Positions 50,455-59,236 of a stretch of 64,000 nucleotides of DNA are shown piece by piece. The notes beneath the pieces are model-generated. The model was not told the DNA's origin and searched no databases. It worked only from the letters and a program-made list of their open reading frames with translations. The DNA comes from an uncultured delta proteobacterium (GTDB lineage Bacteria; Desulfobacterota; Binatia; UBA9968). Made by a program: the position numbers and the translations under genes. Positions within the stretch are counted from its first letter, which is position 1, and each line of letters starts with the position of its first letter. Location: positions 257,393-321,392 of the forward strand of contig CAVYDL010000001.1 of the NCBI GenBank assembly GCA_963767275.1, written 5' to 3'.

Positions 50455-50590
50455 GCATACAAATGGTTCGTATTCCCAGAACATGCGCCCATCCTCGATT
50501 CCTCATACCCGCGCACGCGGGAATCCAGGTTTGTCTGCGCTGAATTAGCCTGGATACCCACTTTTGCGGGTATGACGGAGATCTCAAGAC
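50455..50590. repeat. Nested palindromic intergenic element.
   Basis: tcatacccgcgcacgcgggaatccagg ... cctggatacccacttttgcgggtatga; each unit is internally palindromic (cccgcgcacgcggg, cccacttttgcggg). Confidence 0.5.
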
Positions 50591-50630
50591 TTTGCGTTGT
50601 CCATATCATCCCCTCACATGGATTTTCAAA

Positions 50631-50665
50631 GAAGCCACGAAGGACACGAAGGGTTCAGATTGAAA
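50631..50665. repeat. CACGAAG repeat unit.
   Basis: gaagccacgaaggacacgaagggttcagattg. Confidence 0.5.
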
Positions 50666-50672
50666 GGTCTGC

Positions 50673-51500
50673 TTAATCGTTGGCGTGGGCCGCAAACGTC
50701 GCCGAGTCTTCGTTGGTGATTTGCAGGCGAAAGCCGCTGGGCTCCCTGAAATAGGTCCCCAACTGATCGTCGCGCCGGCCTTCGCGCTCGCCGTGATCGT
50801 CTCGCTCTTCGATGCCCGCCGCATGGAGCTTCGCGACGATGGCGTGGAAGTCGTCGTTGGTCACGTTGAGGGCAAAGTGGCGGCCGCGCCAGGTCGCCTT
50901 GGTCACGTCACTCAGATCATCGACTTTGTTAACAATCACGCTTTGCCCCGTCGGAAAAACGATTTCCGCCATGGCATCATGCCGCGTTCCCACCGTGCAG
51001 TTCAGAAATTTCTTGTAGAAATCCAGACTGGCGTCGATATCGGTGCTGTCAAAATGCAAATGGTGCAAGCGCGTCTTGGCGATGCCGCTGGCTTTGGTAA
51101 TCTCGAAGAAGTTGCCTTCGGAATCTTGGAAGACCAACCCTTGGTTCCAACAACAACCCAAAGCGCTTTCCGATTTGATCTCGCGCGTGAATACGCCGGC
51201 GCCGCGAATCTTCGCGACCATCGAGTCGTACTCGCCCGCCGGCACTTCGAACGAATGGCGCGGATAGGAATTGGCGCTGTCGCGCTTGGGCAACTGGTTC
51301 TTTCCTTGGGAAAACAGCCCGACATGATTCTCGCCGAGTTTCATGAAAATGCGCGTCATATTCGGCGCGTTCTGGGTTTTCAAAGTGCGCGCGCCGAGCA
51401 CCTCGGTGTAGAATTTTTCGGCCCGGTCCGGCTCCATCACCGCGACCACGAAGTGATCGAGATGATGGACATCGCCATTGGCTTTTGCATTGCCGCTCAT
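50673..51500 (-). CDS. Two-domain VOC-family protein (glyoxalase/extradiol-dioxygenase fold).
   Basis: HHLDHFVVAV...FYTEVLG and a second copy HHLHFDSTDIDASLDFYKKFL. Confidence 0.65.
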   Translation of the reverse strand: MSGNAKANGDVHHLDHFVVAVMEPDRAEKFYTEVLGARTLKTQNAPNMTRIFMKLGENHVGLFSQGKNQLPKRDSANSYPRHSFEVPAGEYDSMVAKIRGAGVFTREIKSESALGCCWNQGLVFQDSEGNFFEITKASGIAKTRLHHLHFDSTDIDASLDFYKKFLNCTVGTRHDAMAEIVFPTGQSVIVNKVDDLSDVTKATWRGRHFALNVTNDDFHAIVAKLHAAGIEERDDHGEREGRRDDQLGTYFREPSGFRLQITNEDSATFAAHAND

Positions 51501-51521
51501 AACTTTCCCTCCTTCTCACGC

Positions 51522-52625
51522 TTATTTTGCTTGCAACGACTGGATCGACTCCGTCGCGGGGAAAATCACCATGCGCTGCTTCGGCAAATGGAGCGTCACA
51601 GTGCCCGTCACCTTGGCATCGGCGTCGTCAGGCAAACTCTTGACGTTGATAATCGTCTCGCCGATCCTAACTTCGCTCATGACATGATCGCCAAGAAAAA
51701 ACGACCCGACCACATTCCCCGCCGGACAATTCTCCGCCGCACCCGGCTGCGCGATCAATTTAACATCTTCGGGGCGAATACCGACGACTACAGCCCCTTC
51801 ATACTGCCGCGCCGCGGCGATGACAAGCGGGCCGATCTCGGTGTCGATGCGGCCGTCGGCAAGCACCTTGCCGTGCAGCCAGTTGATCGAACCGAAAAAC
51901 TCAGCGATCTGCGAATTAGCCGGCGCGCGGTAGAGCTCGAACGGGTTGCCGATCTGTAAAATTTCGCCATGGGCCATCACCGCGATGCGGTCGGCGAGCA
52001 CCATCGCCTCGACTTGATCATGGGTGACATAGAGCGCGGTAATGCCCAATCGGGTGGCGAGTTTCTTGATATTGGTGCGCACCTCTTCGCGCAAACGCGC
52101 GTCCAAATTGCTCAGCGGCTCGTCCATCAGCAGCAAGGCCGGATTGACCGCTAAAGCCCGCGCCAGCGCGACCCGTTGCTGTTGCCCGCCGCTCAACAGG
52201 CGCGCCGGCCGGTTTTCGAAATCGTCCAATTGCACCAAGCTGAGCGCGTAAGCGATCCGAGCTTGCGCCTCGTTTTTGGACAGACGCCTGCGGCCATGGG
52301 TCAGCACCAAGCCGATATTTTCGGCAACGGTGAGGTGGGGCCATATCGCATAGGACTGAAACACCATGCCGATGCCGCGCGCTTCCGGCGGTTCCGAAAT
52401 CCGCCGGCTGCTGGAGAAGACCAGCTTGTCATCGAGTAAAATCTCGCCGCTATCGGGTTTCTCCAACCCGGCGACGCTGCGCAACAGCGTCGTCTTCCCC
52501 GATCCGCTCGGCCCGAGCAGCACGAAGAACTCGCCGCGCTTCACATCCAGGTCAATGCCTTGCAGCGCCGCCACGGCGTGATCGCCGGACTGAAAATTCT
52601 TGCGCAGGCCGGTGATCGAAATCAC
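51522..52625 (-). CDS. ABC transporter ATP-binding protein (PotA/FbpC-like, with a C-terminal TOBE-like domain); GTG start overlaps the permease stop (GTGA).
   Basis: Walker A GPSGSGKTT, signature LSGGQQQRVALARAL, Walker B LLMDEP; RBS ggaggtg upstream of the GTG at 52625. Confidence 0.85.
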   Translation of the reverse strand: MISITGLRKNFQSGDHAVAALQGIDLDVKRGEFFVLLGPSGSGKTTLLRSVAGLEKPDSGEILLDDKLVFSSSRRISEPPEARGIGMVFQSYAIWPHLTVAENIGLVLTHGRRRLSKNEAQARIAYALSLVQLDDFENRPARLLSGGQQQRVALARALAVNPALLLMDEPLSNLDARLREEVRTNIKKLATRLGITALYVTHDQVEAMVLADRIAVMAHGEILQIGNPFELYRAPANSQIAEFFGSINWLHGKVLADGRIDTEIGPLVIAAARQYEGAVVVGIRPEDVKLIAQPGAAENCPAGNVVGSFFLGDHVMSEVRIGETIINVKSLPDDADAKVTGTVTLHLPKQRMVIFPATESIQSLQAK

Positions 52626-54325
52626 GATGACACCTCCGAGAAGCGGCTGCGCCGGCCGAAATAGAGATAGAGAATCACCGCCGGCAGCATGAAGGCGAGC
52701 ACGACGAGATTCGCCGCCGCGGCTTGATTGAGACTGCCGCCCAGCCACAAACCCCAAACGATCATCGGCAAGGTTACGTTGGCCTGGCTCGTCACCAGCA
52801 CCGAAGCCATAGTCAGCTCGCGAAAACACAACAACGCCATCCACAACCAGGCGTAAACCAACGCCGGCCGGAGCAGCGGCAAGAGAATCTTGCGCATTAC
52901 CTGCCAGAGCGGCAGACCGCCGACAAACGCCGCTTCTTCCAGCTCGGGATGAATCTGCGCCAGCGAGTTATTGATGATGCGGGTGGCGAAGCTAATCCGG
53001 CTGATGGTGTAGACAATAATCAGAATCGCCAAGCTGCCGTAGAGCGCCGCCACATCGCGCAAAAGAAACAGCGAGGCGAACACCGCGGCGATGGCGAGAA
53101 TCAGATGCGGCACGGCGTGGGGCAAAAACGCCACGGCGTCGAAGCCGACGCGCCATCTAAGTCCCGAGCGCAGCACCGTCCAGGAAATCGCCAGGCACAG
53201 TATCAACGTCACGGTCGGCACCGTCACCATCAGCACCACGGTATTCCACGCGCCTTGGAAAAGCAGATTCCAGGGCAAGCCGTAAAAATTTCTCAGCGAC
53301 ACCTGTTCCAACGCCGCCCACGAGGGCGGCTGGAAATAGCGCAACAGCGATGCCCAGACCAGCAGGAGAAACGGCAGCAACTTGGCGACGGTAAAATAGC
53401 CGCCTAAAAACAGCCAGGCGAGCAACCAACCGCGCCGGCCCAACTCCACCAGCCGCGGCCGGTAGCCCTTGCCGGTCACCACCGCGTAGCGATGAGAAAA
53501 TTTAAGCGTGCGAAAGTAGCCCCAACTCAACAGCAGCGCCAAAACCACCAACAGGCTGCTCACCGCGCCTGCCATGCCGTAGCTCGGCAGCTCTTCCTGC
53601 GGCTGGATTTTGTAAAAAATAAACGTCGAAAAAGTAAAGATCTTATTCGACATGCCGATGATCGCCGGAACTTCGAACGCCGACAAGCCGATGGTGAAGA
53701 TATAAATCGCCGCGGCGACGATGCCGGGAAACGTCAGCGGCAGAGTGACATAGCGCAACGTGCGCAGGATGCCCAAGCCATGCACCCGCGCCGCTTCTTC
53801 CAGCGCCGGGTCCATGCTGCGATAGGTCGCCACGATCATAATGAAGGCGATCGACGAAAGGCCCAGCCCTTCGACCCAACCCATGCCGACCAGCGAGGCG
53901 ATGTTGAACGGCGCCTGCGCCAAGCCGAAAAGGTCAATGAGAAATTTATTGATGATGCCGATGCGCGGATGGAGCAAGAACACCCAGCCCATGGCGGTAA
54001 AAAACGTCGGCACCAAAGCGCCTATGGTCGCGAGAGCAAAAATCAAATTTTTGCCAGGCAAATCCGTGCGCTCGACTAGCCACGCCATCGGCACGGCGAA
54101 AAACAGCGCGATCAAGACCGTCGTGGTGGCGAAGCCTAAGGTGTTGAGCAGGGTGCGGTAGGTGGAGCCGTCGGTGAAAAGCTCGCGATAATGCTTCAGC
54201 GTGTAAACAACCGGATCGCCCGGACTGCCTTGCCAAAACCCCATCCAAAAGATAATCAGCAGAAACGCCAGCACCGGCAGCAGACTCGCCACCGACACCG
54301 CGACAAACAACCAGCGACCCTTCAA
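52622..54325 (-). CDS. ABC transporter permease, fused double domain (Fe3+ FbpB/PotBC-like).
   Basis: 567 aa, about 12 TM segments, two EAA-like loops (ALEEAARVHGL..., ELEEAAFVGG...). Confidence 0.8.
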   Translation of the reverse strand: MKGRWLFVAVSVASLLPVLAFLLIIFWMGFWQGSPGDPVVYTLKHYRELFTDGSTYRTLLNTLGFATTTVLIALFFAVPMAWLVERTDLPGKNLIFALATIGALVPTFFTAMGWVFLLHPRIGIINKFLIDLFGLAQAPFNIASLVGMGWVEGLGLSSIAFIMIVATYRSMDPALEEAARVHGLGILRTLRYVTLPLTFPGIVAAAIYIFTIGLSAFEVPAIIGMSNKIFTFSTFIFYKIQPQEELPSYGMAGAVSSLLVVLALLLSWGYFRTLKFSHRYAVVTGKGYRPRLVELGRRGWLLAWLFLGGYFTVAKLLPFLLLVWASLLRYFQPPSWAALEQVSLRNFYGLPWNLLFQGAWNTVVLMVTVPTVTLILCLAISWTVLRSGLRWRVGFDAVAFLPHAVPHLILAIAAVFASLFLLRDVAALYGSLAILIIVYTISRISFATRIINNSLAQIHPELEEAAFVGGLPLWQVMRKILLPLLRPALVYAWLWMALLCFRELTMASVLVTSQANVTLPMIVWGLWLGGSLNQAAAANLVVLAFMLPAVILYLYFGRRSRFSEVSS

Positions 54326-54422
54326 GATTGGGCTCCGCGCGTAGAGTCGGAGTGATGGAGTATTGGAGTGCCGGGTTTCAATTGCATCACTCCATCATGC
54401 CAAAACCCCGCGCTTCTGCGTT

Positions 54423-55478
54423 TCAGTTCCCTGCCAATATTTTCTGAAACTTCTGGCGGATGCGCGAATGTTCCTCGGCGTTCTTGAAGACTTCCGATAC
54501 CGAATAGGCGGTGAACTTGACGCCGCGCTTTTCCTGCTCGGCGACAAATTTCTGCATCGGCGTGCCCTTGACCAGATGGGAACTGCTGCGCTCGGTGTTG
54601 TAAAGAATATCCTGGCCGTCTTTACTGAGCAAAAACGCGGCAAGCAATGTTGCGGCGTTGGCATTCCGCGCGTTAGTCGGCACCGTCACGTACCAATAGG
54701 AAAGAATTCCGGCGTCGCGAAAAACCTGGCCATCCACCGGCCCGCCCTTTTCCTTGGCTTCCTGGGGCGCGGCGAGATCGCAGTTAAAGACCAGCATGGC
54801 GAACTCGCCCGCGGCGATGCGGTCATCTTCGCCGCAGCGAATCAACCCGGTGACCTGCTTGACGAATTTCTCCAAGAACGCGGTGGTTTTTTCCTCGCCC
54901 CAAATCATCGCCAGCCGATCGAAAGACGCCGCATAGGGCGTCGACGCGATCTTGCCTTTCCATTTGGGGTTGAGCACATCCTCGACCCGCTGCGGGATAT
55001 CCTTGCCGACCACCATCTTCGAGTTGAAAGTGAAGCCGGGCGTGCGCGTCGTGACGATCAAGACTTTGTTGTCGAAATCGATCATCGGCGCGGTGATATG
55101 ATTGAAAGTCTTGCTCCACTCCACGCTTTTGAGCGACATGCGCGCGACGTGATTCTCCGACCCGACAAATAAATCCGATGACGACGGCTGCCCGGCTTTC
55201 GCTTCTTGAATAATTCGGCTGGCAAACTGCGGCATCGCAGGACCTGGGGTGTACTTGAATTGGAGGTTCAATCCGTACGCCTTGTTAAACGCCTTCTCCA
55301 GCGTCGCCGCTCCCTCGATACCGCCCATAGTCCCTGTGCCCCAGCTCAGAATCAGCTGGCCTTCCTTCTTCGCCCCCTCGATCAATTGGGCCCGTGTCTG
55401 GGTAAAACCATCGGTCGGCGAAAGCGCAAGCGCGATAGTCAAAGCACTCAGCACCCACAGTAATCTCGGTCTAAGCAT
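54423..55478 (-). CDS. Family-1 extracellular solute-binding protein, cognate to the downstream permease and ATPase.
   Basis: Signal peptide plus KKEGQLILSWGTGTMGG...; first gene of the SBP-permease-ATPase triplet. Confidence 0.75.
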   Translation of the reverse strand: MLRPRLLWVLSALTIALALSPTDGFTQTRAQLIEGAKKEGQLILSWGTGTMGGIEGAATLEKAFNKAYGLNLQFKYTPGPAMPQFASRIIQEAKAGQPSSSDLFVGSENHVARMSLKSVEWSKTFNHITAPMIDFDNKVLIVTTRTPGFTFNSKMVVGKDIPQRVEDVLNPKWKGKIASTPYAASFDRLAMIWGEEKTTAFLEKFVKQVTGLIRCGEDDRIAAGEFAMLVFNCDLAAPQEAKEKGGPVDGQVFRDAGILSYWYVTVPTNARNANAATLLAAFLLSKDGQDILYNTERSSSHLVKGTPMQKFVAEQEKRGVKFTAYSVSEVFKNAEEHSRIRQKFQKILAGN

Positions 55479-55500
55479 GGCAATTCTCCTCTGTGCCTAA

Positions 55501-55572
55501 CTGGAACGGTTAGAACACGTGGAACTCTTCGATCTTCCGACCTTGAACTTTGAACCTTGAACCTTTGAACGA
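55501..55572. repeat. TTGAAC tandem hexamer repeat.
   Basis: ccttgaactttgaaccttgaacctttgaacg. Confidence 0.7.
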
Positions 55573-55575
55573 TCT

Positions 55576-56538
55576 TTAGAGATCCATCTTCTTCCCCAGC
55601 CCGCGCTGCACCGCTTCATCATAAAGCCACGCCGCCAACGCCATGTCACCGTAGCCGCCCTGGGACTCGCGAAAAATGTTAATTTCGTCGCGGCTGGCGC
55701 GCCCGACCGCCTGACCGGTGACCAATTCGCCGAGCTCGGGCACCCGGCTCCAAGAAAGCTTGCCTTCGGCAGCGAGCTCGACCAATGGCAGCGCCGCCGA
55801 TTTATCGGCGTAGTTGCGCTCCTGCTCTTGGCTGCCGACCACGGTGCGCGCGGCTTTCAAATGCAGATCGCGGCTCAACTCCGTCGGCTTACCCATGCTG
55901 CTGACATGGGTGCCCGGCTCGACCCAATCTTCGGGAAAGATCGGCGTCAGCGAATTGGTCGCGGTGAGAATAACGTCCATGCCGCGCACTGCTTGCTCCG
56001 GCCGGTCGACACCGCGCACCGTGATGCCGAGTAACTGTTCGCCCTCGGCGCAAAATTTCTTGCGCCGCTCGGGGTCGCGGCTCGACACATAGATCTCATT
56101 AATCGGCCGCACGGTTTGCAGCGCCTTGAGAATGCCGAAGGCATTACGGCCGACGCCAAACAAGCCGAGCTTCTTGGAGTCTTGCCGCGCCATATGCTTG
56201 GCCGCGATGGCAACCACGGCCGCGGTACGAAGTGTGCCGAAGGGAAATCCCATGAACGCCAACAGCTCGCCGCTATCGGCATCGAACAAGGTTGCGTACA
56301 TTTTATCGCCGCCGCCGAGTCCGCTGTTGGGCCCCATTCGAACGCCGACTCGATGCTGTTTGAGCACCGCGCCGGACACGATGCGCAATCCTTTGCTCGG
56401 CCCGACGGTCACATGATACGGCGCATGGGGCACAATCTGGCCATTGACCTGTTGCCGGTGGGCATCCTCGATCAACTCGATGGCCTGAGTAAGGCCGAGC
56501 AGCGGTTTCAATTCATCGCGACTTAGAAATAAAGCCAT
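55576..56538 (-). CDS. Ornithine cyclodeaminase/mu-crystallin-family protein, paralog 1.
   Basis: LGLFGVGRNAFGILKAL (Rossmann) ... about 320 aa, OCD_Mu_crystall architecture. Confidence 0.75.
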   Translation of the reverse strand: MALFLSRDELKPLLGLTQAIELIEDAHRQQVNGQIVPHAPYHVTVGPSKGLRIVSGAVLKQHRVGVRMGPNSGLGGGDKMYATLFDADSGELLAFMGFPFGTLRTAAVVAIAAKHMARQDSKKLGLFGVGRNAFGILKALQTVRPINEIYVSSRDPERRKKFCAEGEQLLGITVRGVDRPEQAVRGMDVILTATNSLTPIFPEDWVEPGTHVSSMGKPTELSRDLHLKAARTVVGSQEQERNYADKSAALPLVELAAEGKLSWSRVPELGELVTGQAVGRASRDEINIFRESQGGYGDMALAAWLYDEAVQRGLGKKMDL

Positions 56539-56579
56539 CGTAACTCCGATTTTGCAGCAGACTATCTCGAGCAGGTCCG

Positions 56580-56613
56580 ACGTTGAACTTTTGAACCTTG
56601 AACCTTTGAACGG
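56580..56613. repeat. TTGAAC repeat.
   Basis: cgttgaacttttgaaccttgaacctttgaacgg. Confidence 0.7.
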
Positions 56614-56616
56614 CAG

Positions 56617-57835
56617 TTATTTCTGCGTAACCGCCAGTTCATGCGCCCGCTTGCCTAACCGTCGCCCACCGTTCTTGGTCACGACCACGGTATCGCCCCA
56701 CTGGCAGATATATTCGCCGTCCGCCGAAATCGCCGACGGCTTGCAGATAAAAACCATGTTCTCGCGCATCGCCACCGCGAGCTGGCGCGGGCTCTTGGCG
56801 TGGGGCGTAATGATCGGTCCGTCGTCCCCCTGGCCGCGGCCATGCATGTTGAGGACGCCTTGGGCGCCCGCCGCCGGGCCCCTTTTCGGCGCGGCACTTT
56901 GCACCGCACTCCTAGTCAACTCGGCGAGCTCGCCGACGGTGACGCCGGGCTTCAGATTTTCCACCACGCGATTGAACACTTCGCGCTGTACTTTGATCAA
57001 CTCGGCCTGCACCGGATCGATCACTTCGACAAACACCGGCTGCACGCCCTGGGCCCGGTACCCGATCCACGACGCTTCGATCTCATTGATGATCGCGTCG
57101 CCGCGCTCGAGCAGCCGCATGCTCGGCCGGGTCAAGGTGCGCTTGGGATTTTTTCCGGACACCCAGAAACAGTGCACCGGCAACTCGGAACCGTTGCGCG
57201 TCATGGCGTAATGCATCGCCGCCCAGACTTCCCAATCCTTGACGCCGACTTTGGCCGCTTCGATTTCCGCTTGAATCGCCAGTTCGTTGATTTCCATTGA
57301 CTTGGTGAGCACGCCGATTTCTTCGTCGCTTTTCACATAACGCACTTCGTCGAGGATTGCCGTGGCGTCGACCAATTGCGCCTGCGGGAAGCCTTCGCGG
57401 ATCTGCTTCCAGGTGCCGTAGAAAATCGTTCCTTCCGGCGTGCGCGTGCCTTCGACCTCGCCCAGACCGGTTATGCCGATACGGCCGCGATCGATCGCCC
57501 AATTCTTTCAACCGCTCGACAATGACCTTGCCATAATTACGCCGCGCCTCGCGCACGTCGGTGACCCAGTCCTGCACCGTCGGCCAACGCGGCGCCGGCG
57601 AAGTCGCGATCGCCGTCACTTCGCCGTCAATCGGAAAAACCGCCGCGAGATCGGGTTCGCCGCCGCCGCAATGCGTCAGGTAGCGCGTGTTGGCTTGATA
57701 GTCCGCCGAATGGCCGCTGTTCTGCGGCGTGACGATGACGTCAAGATTCTGCTGGCGCATCAGCTCACGGACAGCTTGCCAACGCCGGTCCCGTTCAGCG
57801 AGTGAAAAACGCGGATAGGGATAAAGTTCTGCCAT
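56617..57835 (-). CDS. M24-family metallopeptidase (creatinase/prolidase/ectoine-hydrolase-like), paralog 1; apparent frameshift near 57480-57520.
   Basis: The N-domain frame 57083-57835 and the catalytic frame 56617-57375 align collinearly with the intact paralog at 57962-59140. Confidence 0.65.
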
Positions 57836-57869
57836 GAATTATGTTCTGAGGGTCAATGAAATATTTTTC

Positions 57870-57950
57870 TCACCACGAAGGCACGAAGAGCACAAAGTTC
57901 GGAGGTTATTTATCCGAACCCTTCGTGCCTTCGTTGGTGAACAATCCTCT
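57870..57950. repeat. CACGAAG/CTTCGTG hairpin element.
   Basis: caccacgaaggcacgaagagcacaaagttcgg ... ccgaacccttcgtgccttcgttggtgaa. Confidence 0.6.
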
Positions 57951-57961
57951 TTTTTTTGCGG

Positions 57962-59140
57962 TCAAACATCGATTACAACCAATTTCATATCGCGCTTGCC
58001 CAAACGGCGCGCGCCGTTTGCGGTCACCGTCACGGTATCACCGACGCTGGCGCGGCCTTTGCCCTGGGTCGGCCGTACTTGTGGTTTGAGTATGAAAGTC
58101 ATGCCGGCCTTAAGCTCAATCTTGGCAAATCGCTCGAGATCCTTGTCACCCATCAGCGCCGGCCCATCGTCACCGAGCCCGCGCGCGTGCATCATCGGAT
58201 GGCTCCAAGAATATGGCCCGGCGCCTTCCACCGTGCGCGTGTAGGTATCGAACAACGTGCCGAAAGTCACGCCTGGTTTCATGGCAGCGAGAATCGCATC
58301 GAAACAGGCATGCGAGACTTCGACCATCGCTTGATAAGCCGGATCGGGTTTACCGACCACCGCCGGACTCACCGCCTGCGCCGCATAACCGCCATATTTG
58401 GCTTCGATCTCACCGACAAGATTGTCGCCGTTTTGAATCACGTAATCGGTGGGCACAAAAGAGCTATTGAACAGATTGGGGCCGGCGCTGAGAAAAAATA
58501 AGGTCGGCAACTCGCCGCCGTTGGATAACATGGCATGAAGCATGGTCGCATAGACTTCTTTTTCGCTCACGCCCGGCTTGGCGGTTTGCTTCATCGCATC
58601 AATGGCTTTCTCGATAATCGCCGCAGAGCGCTCTAGAAAAGACACTTCCTCTGAGCTCTTGATGGCACGAATCTCCTGCATCATCTCGGTGGCGTTGACC
58701 AGCTTGGCATGGGGAAACGCCTCTTGAATCGCCTTGACCGACGTATAAGGAATGATCCCCTCCGGCGCGCGCACCAAACCGGCAAGCCCGGAAACTCCGA
58801 TGGTGCCTTTGTCGAGGCCCAATTCTTTGATGCGCTCGATGGCGTTTTGACTCCAGCGGTTGCGCCCGTCACGCACGTCCGCCACCCAATTCTGCGCCTT
58901 CTGCCACCAGCCGGCGCGATTGAAAACATATGCAGTAACGTCGCCCTGGGCGGGGAAAACGGTAAACATCTCGGTGGCGAAACCGCCGATGTTGGTCAGA
59001 TAGCGCGAGTCGCCTTGCAGCTGCTCCCAGCGCCCCGTGTTCGCCGGCAGCAGCAACACATCGATGCCGCGCTGGGCCATCTCCGCGCGCACCAGTTGGT
59101 AACGCCGATCTCTTTCTTGAATCGATAACTGTGGAATCAT
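57962..59140 (-). CDS. M24-family metallopeptidase (creatinase N-domain plus pita-bread catalytic domain), intact.
   Basis: 392 aa; ...HARGLGDDGP... metal-ligand region and creatinase-like N-domain. Confidence 0.75.
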   Translation of the reverse strand: MIPQLSIQERDRRYQLVRAEMAQRGIDVLLLPANTGRWEQLQGDSRYLTNIGGFATEMFTVFPAQGDVTAYVFNRAGWWQKAQNWVADVRDGRNRWSQNAIERIKELGLDKGTIGVSGLAGLVRAPEGIIPYTSVKAIQEAFPHAKLVNATEMMQEIRAIKSSEEVSFLERSAAIIEKAIDAMKQTAKPGVSEKEVYATMLHAMLSNGGELPTLFFLSAGPNLFNSSFVPTDYVIQNGDNLVGEIEAKYGGYAAQAVSPAVVGKPDPAYQAMVEVSHACFDAILAAMKPGVTFGTLFDTYTRTVEGAGPYSWSHPMMHARGLGDDGPALMGDKDLERFAKIELKAGMTFILKPQVRPTQGKGRASVGDTVTVTANGARRLGKRDMKLVVIDV

Positions 59141-59185
59141 CGTTTCCTCACTTGTTCGGAATCTCAGATTTAAAATGTTCAGTCA

Positions 59186-59232
59186 CGACTTGAACGAAGC
59201 GCAGCGGTTGAACGGCTTGAACGTTTTGAACG
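59186..59232. repeat. TTGAAC tandem hexamer repeat.
   Basis: cgacttgaacgaagcgcagcggttgaacggcttgaacgttttgaacgcg. Confidence 0.7.
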
Positions 59233-59236
59233 CGCT

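Noticed and set aside
50455-50590. Possible CRISPR repeat (cccgcgcacgcggg palindrome)
   Set aside because: Only two divergent units in inverted, not direct, orientation. There are no spacers of constant length and no cas genes. It is kept only as a palindromic element.
50685-51959. 424-aa plus-strand ORF
   Set aside because: It lies antisense across the VOC and ABC ATPase genes, which have strong family signatures (Walker A/B, LSGGQ). It is an antisense artefact.
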